Part shown: piece by piece, positions 1 to 9,921 of the stretch
Layout of the letters: every line of letters begins with the position of its first letter
Numbering within the stretch: the first letter of the stretch is position 1
Origin: Vicinamibacteria bacterium
Lineage (GTDB): Bacteria > Acidobacteriota > Vicinamibacteria > Marinacidobacterales > Marinacidobacteraceae
Reading direction: 5' to 3'
DNA length: 64,000 bases
NCBI GenBank assembly: GCA_964291235.2
Contig: OZ219816.1
Span: forward strand, 864,001-928,000
Translations under genes and position numbers: made by a program
Notes under the pieces: generated by a model
Told to the model about the DNA's origin: nothing
The model's database searches: none
Seen by the model: only the letters and a program-made list of their open reading frames with translations

Positions 1-408
1 GTGGTGGAGCACGCGGAGCGTTTCGGGCTCGCGCAGTTGCACCAGCTCCGGGGCAGGGTAGGGAGGGGGTCCGACCCGGCGACGGCGATCCTGGTGGTGG
101 GCGGGAAACCGACCGAATCCGCGCTCCGCCGGCTCAAGGTGCTCGAAGCGACTACGGACGGGTTCCGGATCGCCGAGGAGGACCTCGCCATCCGGGGCCC
201 GGGCGATTTCCTCGGTACCCGGCAGTCGGGGATCCCGCCGTTCCGGGTCGCCGAGATCGTGCGCGACGCCGAATTCCTGCGCCTCGCCCGCAAGGAGGCG
301 AGCGACTTCCTCGGCTCGCCGGCAGCCGCGACGGAGGAGGGCCAACGCATCCTCGCCCACGTCCGGGACACCTGGGGCGAGCGGTTCGGGCTGACCGCGG
401 GGGGGTAG
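1..408 (+). CDS. recG: ATP-dependent DNA helicase RecG, C-terminal part (truncated by window start)
   Basis: HAERFGLAQLHQLRGRVGRG (helicase motif VI) and DGFRIAEEDLAIRGPGDFLGTRQSG (TRG motif). Confidence 0.95.
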   Translation: MVEHAERFGLAQLHQLRGRVGRGSDPATAILVVGGKPTESALRRLKVLEATTDGFRIAEEDLAIRGPGDFLGTRQSGIPPFRVAEIVRDAEFLRLARKEASDFLGSPAAATEEGQRILAHVRDTWGERFGLTAGG

Positions 409-490
409 CGGGCGGAGTTGGGACCGCTGGCCTCCGGCCGGCATCTCAAGCCTCCGGCGGGCGGGAGGTGCGAACGGGGAGGGGTCGCGG

Positions 491-835
491 CTATCGGCCT
501 TCGCGGGCGCCGGCCGGCCCCGAGTGTGCCTCCAGATGGATCTCCATCAGCGTCTCCAGCCGAACGATGCGGTCCGAAAGTGTCGTCTCCAGCCGGGTGA
601 TGCGATCCGAGAGTCTGGTCTCCACCTGGGTGATGCGGTCCGAGAGTTTGGTTTCCACCTGGGTGATGCGGTCCGAGAGTTTGGTCTCCACCAGATTGAC
701 GCGATCCCCGAGCCGGTTTTCCATGTCGGCCATCCGGCTGTGGGTGCTCGTTGTCGTATAGAACATCGCGACGATCAGGGTGCCAAGCAGCACGGGCATG
801 GTGCTGTCCCTGACTGTTCTCCACCTGGTGCTCAT
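491..835 (-). CDS. Small membrane-anchored coiled-coil protein with 11-residue repeats
   Basis: N-terminal hydrophobic helix (PVLLGTLIVAMFY) followed by repeats of (L/V)ET(K/R/T)LSDRIT(Q/R). Confidence 0.7.
   Translation of the reverse strand: MSTRWRTVRDSTMPVLLGTLIVAMFYTTTSTHSRMADMENRLGDRVNLVETKLSDRITQVETKLSDRITQVETRLSDRITRLETTLSDRIVRLETLMEIHLEAHSGPAGAREGR
548..730. repeat. 33-bp coding tandem repeat, about 5.5 units
   Basis: GATGCG(G/A)TCCGA-type units start at 566, 599, 632, 665 and 698; they encode the 11-aa repeat of the minus-strand ORF. Confidence 0.9.
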
Positions 836-937
836 GAGTGCCTTCTCTGTTCGGGTTGGCGCAGTCTAGCAAGACGTTTGACAGGGGGATGTGGCGCCGG
901 GTGCGGCATGAACGGGATCTCGTGGGTGGATGGCATC

Positions 938-2125
938 TCAACTTGCCCGGATTCCGGAGACCGCCGCCTGCTGCGCGTCTTCTTCGGTAGCGCGATCGTC
1001 GCCGGCCCCCAGGGGATGGACCGCATCTCCATCCATCGTGGGCCGGAGCAGCGCGTTTGCGAAGGGATCGGATCCTCGCGATTCACTCCCCGCGTTCGGC
1101 GATTCGGCCTCGACCGGTTCGGGGAACCAGCGATCGTCGATTCCCTGCTGCGTGACGCTGGTGCGGGCCGCCTCCCGGGTGAGGAAGACCGCGAACTCAT
1201 GGGGACCGCCGTTCCGCCACTGCCGCACGGTCTCGGGCAGCGCCATCGGGTGTTCCATGGCCCGGTCGCCAATGACGCATCCGGGCCGGTAGGTGCGGAT
1301 GGCGTTGCCGAAGACGCTGTATTTCCGGCCGACCCGGTCCGTCAGCGCGTAGGTCATCGGGCCGGCCACCACGACCACGTGGGCGAGACCTACCGTCCGA
1401 TGGGCGAGGTCCCACGCATCCAGGGGCGCCGATTCCGGGCTCGTGTCCCGCGGGCGGAGTCCGATGGCGAAAACGGGACGGGTTCGCCGCTCGCTCCCGA
1501 TCAGGTGGATCAGGCCCTCGACCCCCTCTTCGTTGCGGATGATCCACGGCGCCGGGAGCAGGCGCCAACCGTAGTCCACGAGTCCGGGCGAACGGGCCAG
1601 CCAGCGCACGATCCCGGGAACCCACAGAGGGGCGCTACGCTGCGCCAGGAGCCGGCCGGGGGCGAGCAGCATGGCGCGGAGCCGGCTCGTCGCTTCCGAA
1701 CCGAAGACGGTGACAACCGCTTTCCAGGCGGCCGATCCGGCGGCCGAGCCAGCCTCGACGGACACCCCGAAGTACCGGCTCGATCCCGCCTCCCGATCGA
1801 CGGCTCGTACGATGGCGCCCGCGGATCGATGACCCTCGACATGCAGTTTCCTGCCTTCCGGACCGAAGGCCGCTTCGAATTCGGGAGGCAGGGCCCCGAC
1901 GTGCGCGGCCAGCCATTTGAGGATCTGCCGCCGCGTATGGTCGAACGCGCCCTCCGCGCCTCCGGTCGCGATCTCCGCGGATACCGCGACCGCGGGTCGG
2001 AGTTCCGACCGTCCGGGGAAGGCGCCGGCAAGCGCTGCCCGACGGGCGCGCGGCGTCCGGAGAACATCCGGTTCGGGTTGAATCCGGCGGCGGGCCGGAT
2101 CAGGGACAGGAAAAGGCATGGGCAT
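938..2125 (-). CDS. Hypothetical protein
   Basis: Long ORF with a globular-looking core (LAHRTVGLAHVVVV...YALTDRVGRKYSVFGNAIRTYRPG). Start taken at ATG 2125, uncertain. Confidence 0.65.
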   Translation of the reverse strand: MPMPFPVPDPARRRIQPEPDVLRTPRARRAALAGAFPGRSELRPAVAVSAEIATGGAEGAFDHTRRQILKWLAAHVGALPPEFEAAFGPEGRKLHVEGHRSAGAIVRAVDREAGSSRYFGVSVEAGSAAGSAAWKAVVTVFGSEATSRLRAMLLAPGRLLAQRSAPLWVPGIVRWLARSPGLVDYGWRLLPAPWIIRNEEGVEGLIHLIGSERRTRPVFAIGLRPRDTSPESAPLDAWDLAHRTVGLAHVVVVAGPMTYALTDRVGRKYSVFGNAIRTYRPGCVIGDRAMEHPMALPETVRQWRNGGPHEFAVFLTREAARTSVTQQGIDDRWFPEPVEAESPNAGSESRGSDPFANALLRPTMDGDAVHPLGAGDDRATEEDAQQAAVSGIRAS

Positions 2126-2190
2126 GATGGCTCCTTGGCAGGGCGGCTCCGGACGAGCCGGGGTGTTGTTTGCAATCGGGAGGTTCCGAG

Positions 2191-2838
2191 GTGAGCGTGC
2201 GGATCGCGGGTGGCGTCTTCGCCGGCCGGGTCCTGACCGGCCCCCCGCGGCCGGACCGTCGCCGGTCGCGCCCCACCGCGAAGCCGACGCGGCCAACGGC
2301 GGTGAGGCTCCGCAAGAGTCTGTTCACCGTTGTCGCGGACGACCTCGTGGAGGCCCGGGTCCTGGACCTGTTCGCCGGGGTGGGGACGCTGGGCTTTGAG
2401 GCGGTGTCGCGGGGAGCCCGGCAGTGCGTGTTCGTGGAGCGTTCGCCGCGGATGGCCCGCGTGATCGAGCGCAACGCGGAGCGGCTCGAAATCGGTGCTG
2501 TTGAAGTTGTGGTGGGGGACGCGCTGCGCGAACTCCGCCGGTTCGGGCGCGAGGGAAGACGGTTCGAGGTGGTTTTCCTCGATCCGCCCTGGGAAGACTG
2601 GGAGACCGGGACCGCAGCGAAGTTGATCGGCGAAGCCATTGGCCTCGCGCCCCTGGTGGTTGCCGAACACCGTTCTTCCTGGACCCCGCCGGTCACGGTC
2701 ACCGGCGCGGAGCCGGAATCCGGGTCTTCACACACTCCCCCCGCCGGGGTGAAGACCCGGACTACAGCCGCCGGGGATGGTGCGTTTTCGCTGTACCGGC
2801 GGGAGGAGGAGACGACAGGGGGCCGCACCCCTTCCTAG
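2191..2838 (+). CDS. rsmD: 16S rRNA m2G966 methyltransferase RsmD
   Basis: RIAGG N-terminus, RPT..RLRKSLF, VLDLFAGVGTLGFEAVSRGA, FLDPP; adjacent to coaD. Confidence 0.9.
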   Translation: MSVRIAGGVFAGRVLTGPPRPDRRRSRPTAKPTRPTAVRLRKSLFTVVADDLVEARVLDLFAGVGTLGFEAVSRGARQCVFVERSPRMARVIERNAERLEIGAVEVVVGDALRELRRFGREGRRFEVVFLDPPWEDWETGTAAKLIGEAIGLAPLVVAEHRSSWTPPVTVTGAEPESGSSHTPPAGVKTRTTAAGDGAFSLYRREEETTGGRTPS

Positions 2839-3055
2839 ACGAAATTTCGATGCGGGTCTTCCCACCCGACACCCGAATTCGGCCCGAATGTGGAAAAGTC
2901 GGCTTGAAGAACGGCAAAAGAGCCGGAATCCCCCGGCTGGCCTCGCCGGGGCACGGCCGCGGCGGTAGAACCGCATTGCGGGAACCGAGGCGGCGCCCAC
3001 CCCGCCATTCGTCGGACAGCGGCCGTATGCTAGGTTTCGCCCGCGCCCTCACGGA

Positions 3056-3583
3056 GTGGCGCTGAACTTGGAACGAACCTCCCGCCTGGCCATCTGCCCG
3101 GGGTCCTTCGACCCTTTGACGCTGGGACACGTGGACATCATCCGGCGCGCCGCCCGGCAATTCGACCGGGTCCTCGTCGCGGTCCTGCACAACACCGGGA
3201 AGGCCCCGCTCTTCACGGTCCCGGAGCGCCTCAATTTCATTCGCGCGACCTTTCAGGACGACTCGGCCGTGGAGGCGGACGCCTTTTCCGGGTTGCTCGT
3301 GGACTACGCCCGGCGGCGGGGAGCCACCGCGATCGTCCGCGGCATCCGGGCAGTTTCAGACTTCGAGTACGAATTCCAGATGGCGCTCATGAATCGCCGG
3401 CTCGCGCCCGAGGTGGAGACGGTCTTCCTGACACCGGCGGAGGAGTATTCGTACGTCAGCTCGAGGTTGATCAAGGAGATCACCGCGCTTTCCGGCGACG
3501 TCAGCGGCCTGGTCCCGGATGCGGTGGCGCGGCGCCTGGCCGAGAAGTTCCCGTCCGCGCCCAACCCCGCCGTCACCGGGTGA
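3056..3583 (+). CDS. coaD: Phosphopantetheine adenylyltransferase
   Basis: PGSFDPLTLGH, IVRGIRAVSDFEYE, VSSRLIKEI. Confidence 0.97.
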   Translation: MALNLERTSRLAICPGSFDPLTLGHVDIIRRAARQFDRVLVAVLHNTGKAPLFTVPERLNFIRATFQDDSAVEADAFSGLLVDYARRRGATAIVRGIRAVSDFEYEFQMALMNRRLAPEVETVFLTPAEEYSYVSSRLIKEITALSGDVSGLVPDAVARRLAEKFPSAPNPAVTG

Positions 3584-3616
3584 TTCACCCCGTGACATCT
3601 CGCTCCTGACATCTTC

Positions 3617-4804
3617 ATGACCGATCCCGCAATCCATCTCGCCCAGCGTATTTCTGCGATTTCTCCCTCGCCGACGATGGCGGTCATGGCGGAGGCGATG
3701 CGCCTTCGCGCCGCCGGAGAGAACGTGGTGGACTTTTCGGCCGGACAGCCCGACTTCGATACGCCGTCGCTCGCGAGGGAGGCCGGGATCCAGGCCATCG
3801 AATCGGGATACACCCGGTACACCCCGAACCCGGGGGCGCCCGATCTGCGGGCGGCGGTCGCTGATTGCTACCGGCGCGACTTCGACCTCGACTTCGGGGC
3901 CGGCAACGTCCTCATCACCTCGGGAGGCAAGCACGCTCTCACCGGGTTGTTGCTCGCCACCTGCGAGGAAGGGGACGAGGTGGTGATCCCGACGCCCTAC
4001 TGGCCGACCTTCCCCGAGCAGGTGAAGATCGCCGGGGCCGCGCCGGTCCTCGCCCGCGCCGGAGAAGAGAGCGGGTTCCGGCCCACCCGGGACGTCATCG
4101 AGCCAGCGATGACCGATCGCACCCGGTGCATCATCTTCAACATTCCGGGGAATCCGTCCGGGGTGGTGCTCTCGGCGGGTGAGTTGGAGGCGGTGGCGCA
4201 CCTGGCGCTCGAGGCCGACGCCTACCTGCTCTGGGATGACACCTACGCCCGGCTCACCTTCGAGCCGGCGCCGGAAGGCGCCTACCGGCGGATGCAGGAA
4301 ATTCTCGGACACCGGTTCGTCATTGCCGGCGGAGCCTCGAAGACCTACGCCATGACTGGCTGGCGGCTCGGGTGGGCGCTCGGCCCGGAACCGGTCATCA
4401 AGGGCGCCGCCTCGCTGCAGAGCCAGATGACGTCCAACGCGAGTTCCATTTCACAAAAGGCGGCGCTCGCCGCGGTGACGGCGGACCCCGCCGGTTTCGC
4501 CTGGATGACCGAGGAGTTCGCCCGCCGGATGGTGCGGATGCGGAACGGCCTGCTGCAGATCGAGGGGCTCCGCTGCGGGCCCGCCGACGGCGGCTTCTAT
4601 CTGTTCCCGAACTTCGAGGCGGTCCTGCGGCCGGGCGAAGGGTCCGGCGAGCTCGCTGCCGCGCTGCTCGACGAGCAGCGGGTCGCCACGGTGCCGGGAG
4701 TGGCCTTCGGCCACGACACCCACCTCAGGCTCAGCTACGCCACTTCGGACGAGATCATCGACGAGGGCGTGGGGCGGATCCGGCGGTTCTTCGCGGCGCG
4801 CTGA
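3617..4804 (+). CDS. Class I/II PLP-dependent (aspartate-type) aminotransferase
   Basis: GQPDFDTP, YTPNPG, NPSG, SKTYAMTGWRLG (PLP lysine), LRLSYA. Confidence 0.92.
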   Translation: MTDPAIHLAQRISAISPSPTMAVMAEAMRLRAAGENVVDFSAGQPDFDTPSLAREAGIQAIESGYTRYTPNPGAPDLRAAVADCYRRDFDLDFGAGNVLITSGGKHALTGLLLATCEEGDEVVIPTPYWPTFPEQVKIAGAAPVLARAGEESGFRPTRDVIEPAMTDRTRCIIFNIPGNPSGVVLSAGELEAVAHLALEADAYLLWDDTYARLTFEPAPEGAYRRMQEILGHRFVIAGGASKTYAMTGWRLGWALGPEPVIKGAASLQSQMTSNASSISQKAALAAVTADPAGFAWMTEEFARRMVRMRNGLLQIEGLRCGPADGGFYLFPNFEAVLRPGEGSGELAAALLDEQRVATVPGVAFGHDTHLRLSYATSDEIIDEGVGRIRRFFAAR

Positions 4805-4933
4805 GACGGCGAACCTACGGTCGGAACCACTACCCCATACAGAGCAACGAGCGGGCCGTCCCTCCGCCATTGGTCCAGTCTGCACGCGATCGAGAAGCTA
4901 AGGGGCGGGACCTGCGCGGCAACCGTTCCTAGC

Positions 4934-5033
4934 TAGCCCGGATTTCTCATCCCTCCGTCGTAGAGATCTATGCAGGATGGTTCCCCTCTCGGCGAGAACC
5001 CAACTAGCCTTGATGTCGGACAGGCACGGGAGC
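4934..5033 (+). repeat. Left part of a composite intergenic repeat, homologous to 44481-44629 and interrupted by IS110 copy 1
   Basis: TAGCCCGGATTTCTCAT...CGTAGAG...GGATGG.CCCCTCTCGGCG...CTAGC.TTGATGTCG recurs at 44481-44615 on the same strand. Confidence 0.8.
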
Positions 5034-5286
5034 CCCCTATAGGATCGGCGACGTCCTGCGGGAGCCGAGATTCGGCTGCCGTTGTATCAACTCAGGTTGG
5101 CCAATCCGCCGGGAGTACTAACTGAGCCCCGGTGCCGCGAGCACCTACGGTGGACACGTACCCCGACGGATGGCCGTGATGGACGACCAGTGGAGAGTCG
5201 GTTCCAATCGAGAACCAGTATAGGGGCTGGACAGCATCGCGGCGCGGCGGACCTCCGGCGGAGCGCAAGCTCGAAGGAAGACAGCG
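5034..5286 (+). ncRNA. Candidate bridge RNA in the IS110 left non-coding end (copy 1)
   Basis: 253-nt non-coding end with several hairpins. AGCCGA-GAT-TCGGCT (5063-5077) reads AGCTGA-GAT-TCAGCT in copy 2, a compensatory change. Expression and exact ends are not visible from sequence. Confidence 0.65.
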
Positions 5287-6549
5287 ATGAAGCAGAAGCT
5301 GAGCTGGTTCGTGGGCATCGACTGGGGCGAGCAGAGCCACCAGGTGTGCCTGTGCGACAGGCGCGGGAAGGTGCGCGGGGAGCGCGCCTTCGCGCACAAG
5401 GGATCGGGGCTGGCGGCCCTGGTGAAGTGGCTTAGGAAGCAGACGGGTGTGCCGCCGGCGCGGGTGGCGGTCGCGATCGAGCGGCCGGATGGGGCGGTGG
5501 TGGCGACGCTGCTGGAGGCGGGGTTTGCGGTCTATGCGGTGAACCCGCGGCAGACGAGCCACCTGCGGAAGTTCATCTCCCACCCGGGGCACAAGAACGA
5601 CCGGCGGGACGCCCGGATGTTGGCCACCACGCTGCAGGCGAGCCTGGCGGGGTTCCGCCTGCTGGTGCCGCTACCGGGGTTGGTGCTGCGGCTGCGGGAG
5701 CGGACCCGGACGGCGGACCGTCTGCTCCAGGAGCAGGTCCGGCAGTGCCTGCGGATCCGGAGTGCGCTGGTGGACTACTTCCCGCAACTGCTGGAGGTGG
5801 CCGGCGAGGCGAAGAACCTGGGGGCTCCGTTCTTCCGGGAGTTGTGGGCTCGGGCTTCTACGCCGGCGAAAGCGCGGAAGGTGTGGTTGTCCACGTTGGA
5901 GAAGCTGGTCCGGCGGTATGGAGTGACCCGGATCAGCGCCGCGCGGATCCAGGCGTTGTTCCGGGAGCCGGCGCTGGTGATGGCGCCGGGGGCGACCGAG
6001 GCGGCGGTGGAGACGATCCGCACGGCGCTCGCACAGTTGGAGGTTGTGCGGGCGGAACTCGTCCGGGCGGAGGGCCAGATGACCCAACTGCTGGACGAGT
6101 TCTCGGAGACGGCGGAGGCCGGGGGTGGTTCGGATGCCACGGGCCCGGATCTGGTGAGCGCGTTGCGCTCGCGCCCGGGCGCGGGGGACAAGGCGCTGGC
6201 CCGGTTGTTCGCCTGGGGCTTCGAGGCGCTCTCGGAGGGGAACTACCGCCGTCTGCGCGCCTACTGTGGGGTAGCCCCGATCGAGGACCAGTCCGGCAAG
6301 TCCGCACAGCTCCGGCAACGGCGCGCCGTTCCCAGTTCGCTGCAACACGCCACCTACATCCTGGCGCGGGGGGTCGTCCGCTGGGACGAGAAGGTGGCGG
6401 CCTACAACCGGAAGTTGAAGGCGGAAGGGAAGCACACGGCCCGGCGCCACCGGAGCATCGCGGATCAACAACTCCGGGTGCTGTGCGCGATGGCCCGGAA
6501 CCGAACCCTCTTTGATCCCAACTTCTCCCAGAAGCGGAGGGCCGCCTAA
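5287..6549 (+). CDS. IS110-family DEDD transposase/recombinase
   Basis: FVGIDWG (D), AIE (E), KNDRRD (D..D) in the RuvC-like domain; C-terminal AYCGVAPIEDQSGK with the conserved serine. Confidence 0.95.
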   Translation: MKQKLSWFVGIDWGEQSHQVCLCDRRGKVRGERAFAHKGSGLAALVKWLRKQTGVPPARVAVAIERPDGAVVATLLEAGFAVYAVNPRQTSHLRKFISHPGHKNDRRDARMLATTLQASLAGFRLLVPLPGLVLRLRERTRTADRLLQEQVRQCLRIRSALVDYFPQLLEVAGEAKNLGAPFFRELWARASTPAKARKVWLSTLEKLVRRYGVTRISAARIQALFREPALVMAPGATEAAVETIRTALAQLEVVRAELVRAEGQMTQLLDEFSETAEAGGGSDATGPDLVSALRSRPGAGDKALARLFAWGFEALSEGNYRRLRAYCGVAPIEDQSGKSAQLRQRRAVPSSLQHATYILARGVVRWDEKVAAYNRKLKAEGKHTARRHRSIADQQLRVLCAMARNRTLFDPNFSQKRRAA

Positions 6550-6589
6550 CGCTCTTGCGTTCTCGTGGAAAGTCCACCGGGAGAACTGG

Positions 6590-6743
6590 GCCGGCCTCCA
6601 GGCCGGCACAGCCCGCCGCAGGCGGGCGGCGGGACGGACCTGTCTGGCCAGGATGGCTCCCTCTCTCGGAGAGGACCCCGTGAGCGCGAGCAGCGAGGAA
6701 TCGCCCGCGGCGCTGCGCGCCGCGGTGCCGACCTGGAGGTCGG
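6590..6743. repeat. Inverted pair of REP-like palindromes with a conserved spacer
   Basis: GCCGGCCTCCAGGCCGGCAC (6590-6609) and GTGCCGACCTGGAGGTCGG (6725-6743); the whole unit is homologous to 44630-44784. Confidence 0.85.
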
Positions 6744-7070
6744 AGCCCGGCCCGTGCGGGAGCCTGAGTGCCGCGGCTGCTCCGCGTCCACCATCGGGCC
6801 GATCTGCGAATGGACCCGGCTGCGCCAATGCATCGAGGGCCAGCCAGCGGGTGGTTGGGCGCTCTCCGGCCCTGAGGGTGACAGAAATGTCGCTGTGGGG
6901 ATACCGGCCGGAGGTGAACATGTCGCAGTGGCCCGATTTCCGGGCTCAGCATGTCGCAGTAGCGGCACCGGCGCGGTGGAATCTGGGGCAGTATCGGAAC
7001 CGGCGCGTCAAGAGACACTTCCAGGCAGTTGGGAGACACCTACTCTTGCGCACTGCGGGGGTGAAGAGCG

Positions 7071-7310
7071 ATGCGCCGCCCGCGGGCCTGCGGCCCGCTG
7101 TGCCGGCCTGGAGGCCGGCGTTCCCGTGCCGGTGGTGCTGGGGGGGGCTGGAGGGCGACGTGCGTTTCGCTCCCCGGTGGGGAGCGATGCCGGCCGGAGG
7201 CCGGCGCTCCGCTGTCGCGCGTTGTCGGGATGGGGCGCGGTGCGCCGCCCGCGGGCCTGCGGCCCGCTGTGCCGATCTGGAGATCGGCGTTCCCGTGCGG
7301 GCGGTGCTGT
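7071..7310. repeat. Cluster of three REP-like palindromes (BIME-like)
   Basis: REPs at 7100-7130, 7188-7210 and 7269-7298. 7071-7140 is duplicated at 7241-7310; 7153-7211 recurs at about 60692-60750. Confidence 0.85.
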
Positions 7311-7536
7311 GGGGGCTTGGGAGCGATGCGCCGGCAGACTGATCTCGTCCATTGCCTTACCGCTTGCGCCGTCCTAAAATTACCCGGCGCCCGGCGGGAT
7401 GGACGGCTGCCGCGCTTGTGATGCGGCGGCGCTCCGGCCGGGTCTTTCCCGTGCGGCAAGAACGGCGTTTCGGTCGGGGCCCCGTCCAGGTTTCCGAAGC
7501 GCGCTATCTCACCAACCCCTTTCCCGAAGAGAGTTC

Positions 7537-8937
<1,401 letters not shown>

Positions 8938-8979
8938 TCCGCGGATCCACAGCGGGATCTCCGCAAAAGGGGGTTGCAG

Positions 8980-9906
8980 ATGCGACCGAAAGTGACCGTG
9001 GTCGGCGCCGGGAATGTCGGCGCCACCACCGCCCAGCGGCTGGCCGACGCCGAACTCTGCGACGTCGTCCTGATCGACATCATCGACGGCATCCCCCAGG
9101 GGAAGGGCCTCGACATGCTGGAGGCCTGCCCGGTCACCGGCAGCGACGTGCAGGTGAGCGGCACCTGCGACTATGGGGACACCGCCGGCTCCGACATCGT
9201 GGTCATCACCGCGGGGTTGCCGCGGAAGGCCGGAATGAGCCGGGACGACCTGCTGCGGAAGAACTACGAGATCGTGAGCAGCGTCACCCGCCAGGCGATG
9301 GAACACTCGCCGGACGCCATTCTGGTGGTGGTCTCGAATCCCCTCGACGCCATGGTGCAGACCGCGCTGCGGGCCAGCGGGCTGCCGAAGGCGCGGGTGG
9401 TCGGGATGGCGGGCGTCCTCGACTCGGCGCGCATGCGGGCCTTCATTGCCGCGGAGGTGAACGTCTCGGTGGACAACGTGCACGCGTTCGTTCTCGGCGG
9501 GCACGGGGATGACATGGTGCCGTTGCCGCGCTACTCCACGGTCGCCGGGATTCCGCTGCCCGACTTCATGTCCGAAGAGGCCATCGCCCGGATCGTCGAA
9601 CGCACCCGGAAGGGCGGGGGCGAGATCGTGGCCTACCTGAAGACCGGATCCGCTTACTACGCCCCTTCGGCGGCCATCGTCGAGATGGTGGATGCCATCC
9701 TGAAGGACAAGAAGAAGATCCTCCCCTGCACGGCTTATCTCGAGGGTGAGTACGGCGTTGACGGCCTCTATCTGGGAGTGCCGGTCAAGCTCGGCCGCGC
9801 GGGTGCCGAGCAGGTCATCGAGATCCAGCTCACGGACGACGAGCAGGCCGCCCTCGACCGCTCGGCCGCCTCGGTCCGGGAACTCACCGAAAAGATCGGC
9901 GTGTAG
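8980..9906 (+). CDS. mdh: Malate dehydrogenase (LDH-like)
   Basis: [45 protein letters not shown]. Confidence 0.96.
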   Translation: MRPKVTVVGAGNVGATTAQRLADAELCDVVLIDIIDGIPQGKGLDMLEACPVTGSDVQVSGTCDYGDTAGSDIVVITAGLPRKAGMSRDDLLRKNYEIVSSVTRQAMEHSPDAILVVVSNPLDAMVQTALRASGLPKARVVGMAGVLDSARMRAFIAAEVNVSVDNVHAFVLGGHGDDMVPLPRYSTVAGIPLPDFMSEEAIARIVERTRKGGGEIVAYLKTGSAYYAPSAAIVEMVDAILKDKKKILPCTAYLEGEYGVDGLYLGVPVKLGRAGAEQVIEIQLTDDEQAALDRSAASVRELTEKIGV

Positions 9907-9921
9907 GCGGAAAGGCAGCCG

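Larger units (their letters stand above)
5034..6589 (+). mobile_element. IS110-family insertion sequence, copy 1 (1556 bp)
   Basis: Ends 5'-CCCCTATAGG and GAGAACTGG-3' defined by comparison with copy 2 and with the empty site at 44611-44649. No long terminal inverted repeats and no target duplication. Confidence 0.93.

Noticed and set aside
548-730. 33-bp periodic repeat as a CRISPR array
   Set aside because: Units are contiguous with no unique spacers, vary mostly at codon positions of an in-frame ORF, and no cas genes are present.
5082-5435. 117-aa ORF across the IS110 left end (also 45939-46292)
   Set aside because: It overlaps the transposase out of frame, has no recognisable features, and the substitution pattern fits RNA structure better than coding.
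6550-6589. Junction-formed sigma70 promoter from right-end TTGCGT plus left-end TATAGG
   Set aside because: In the predicted circle the two hexamers are about 33 nt apart, and no good -35 lies 17 nt upstream of TATAGG.
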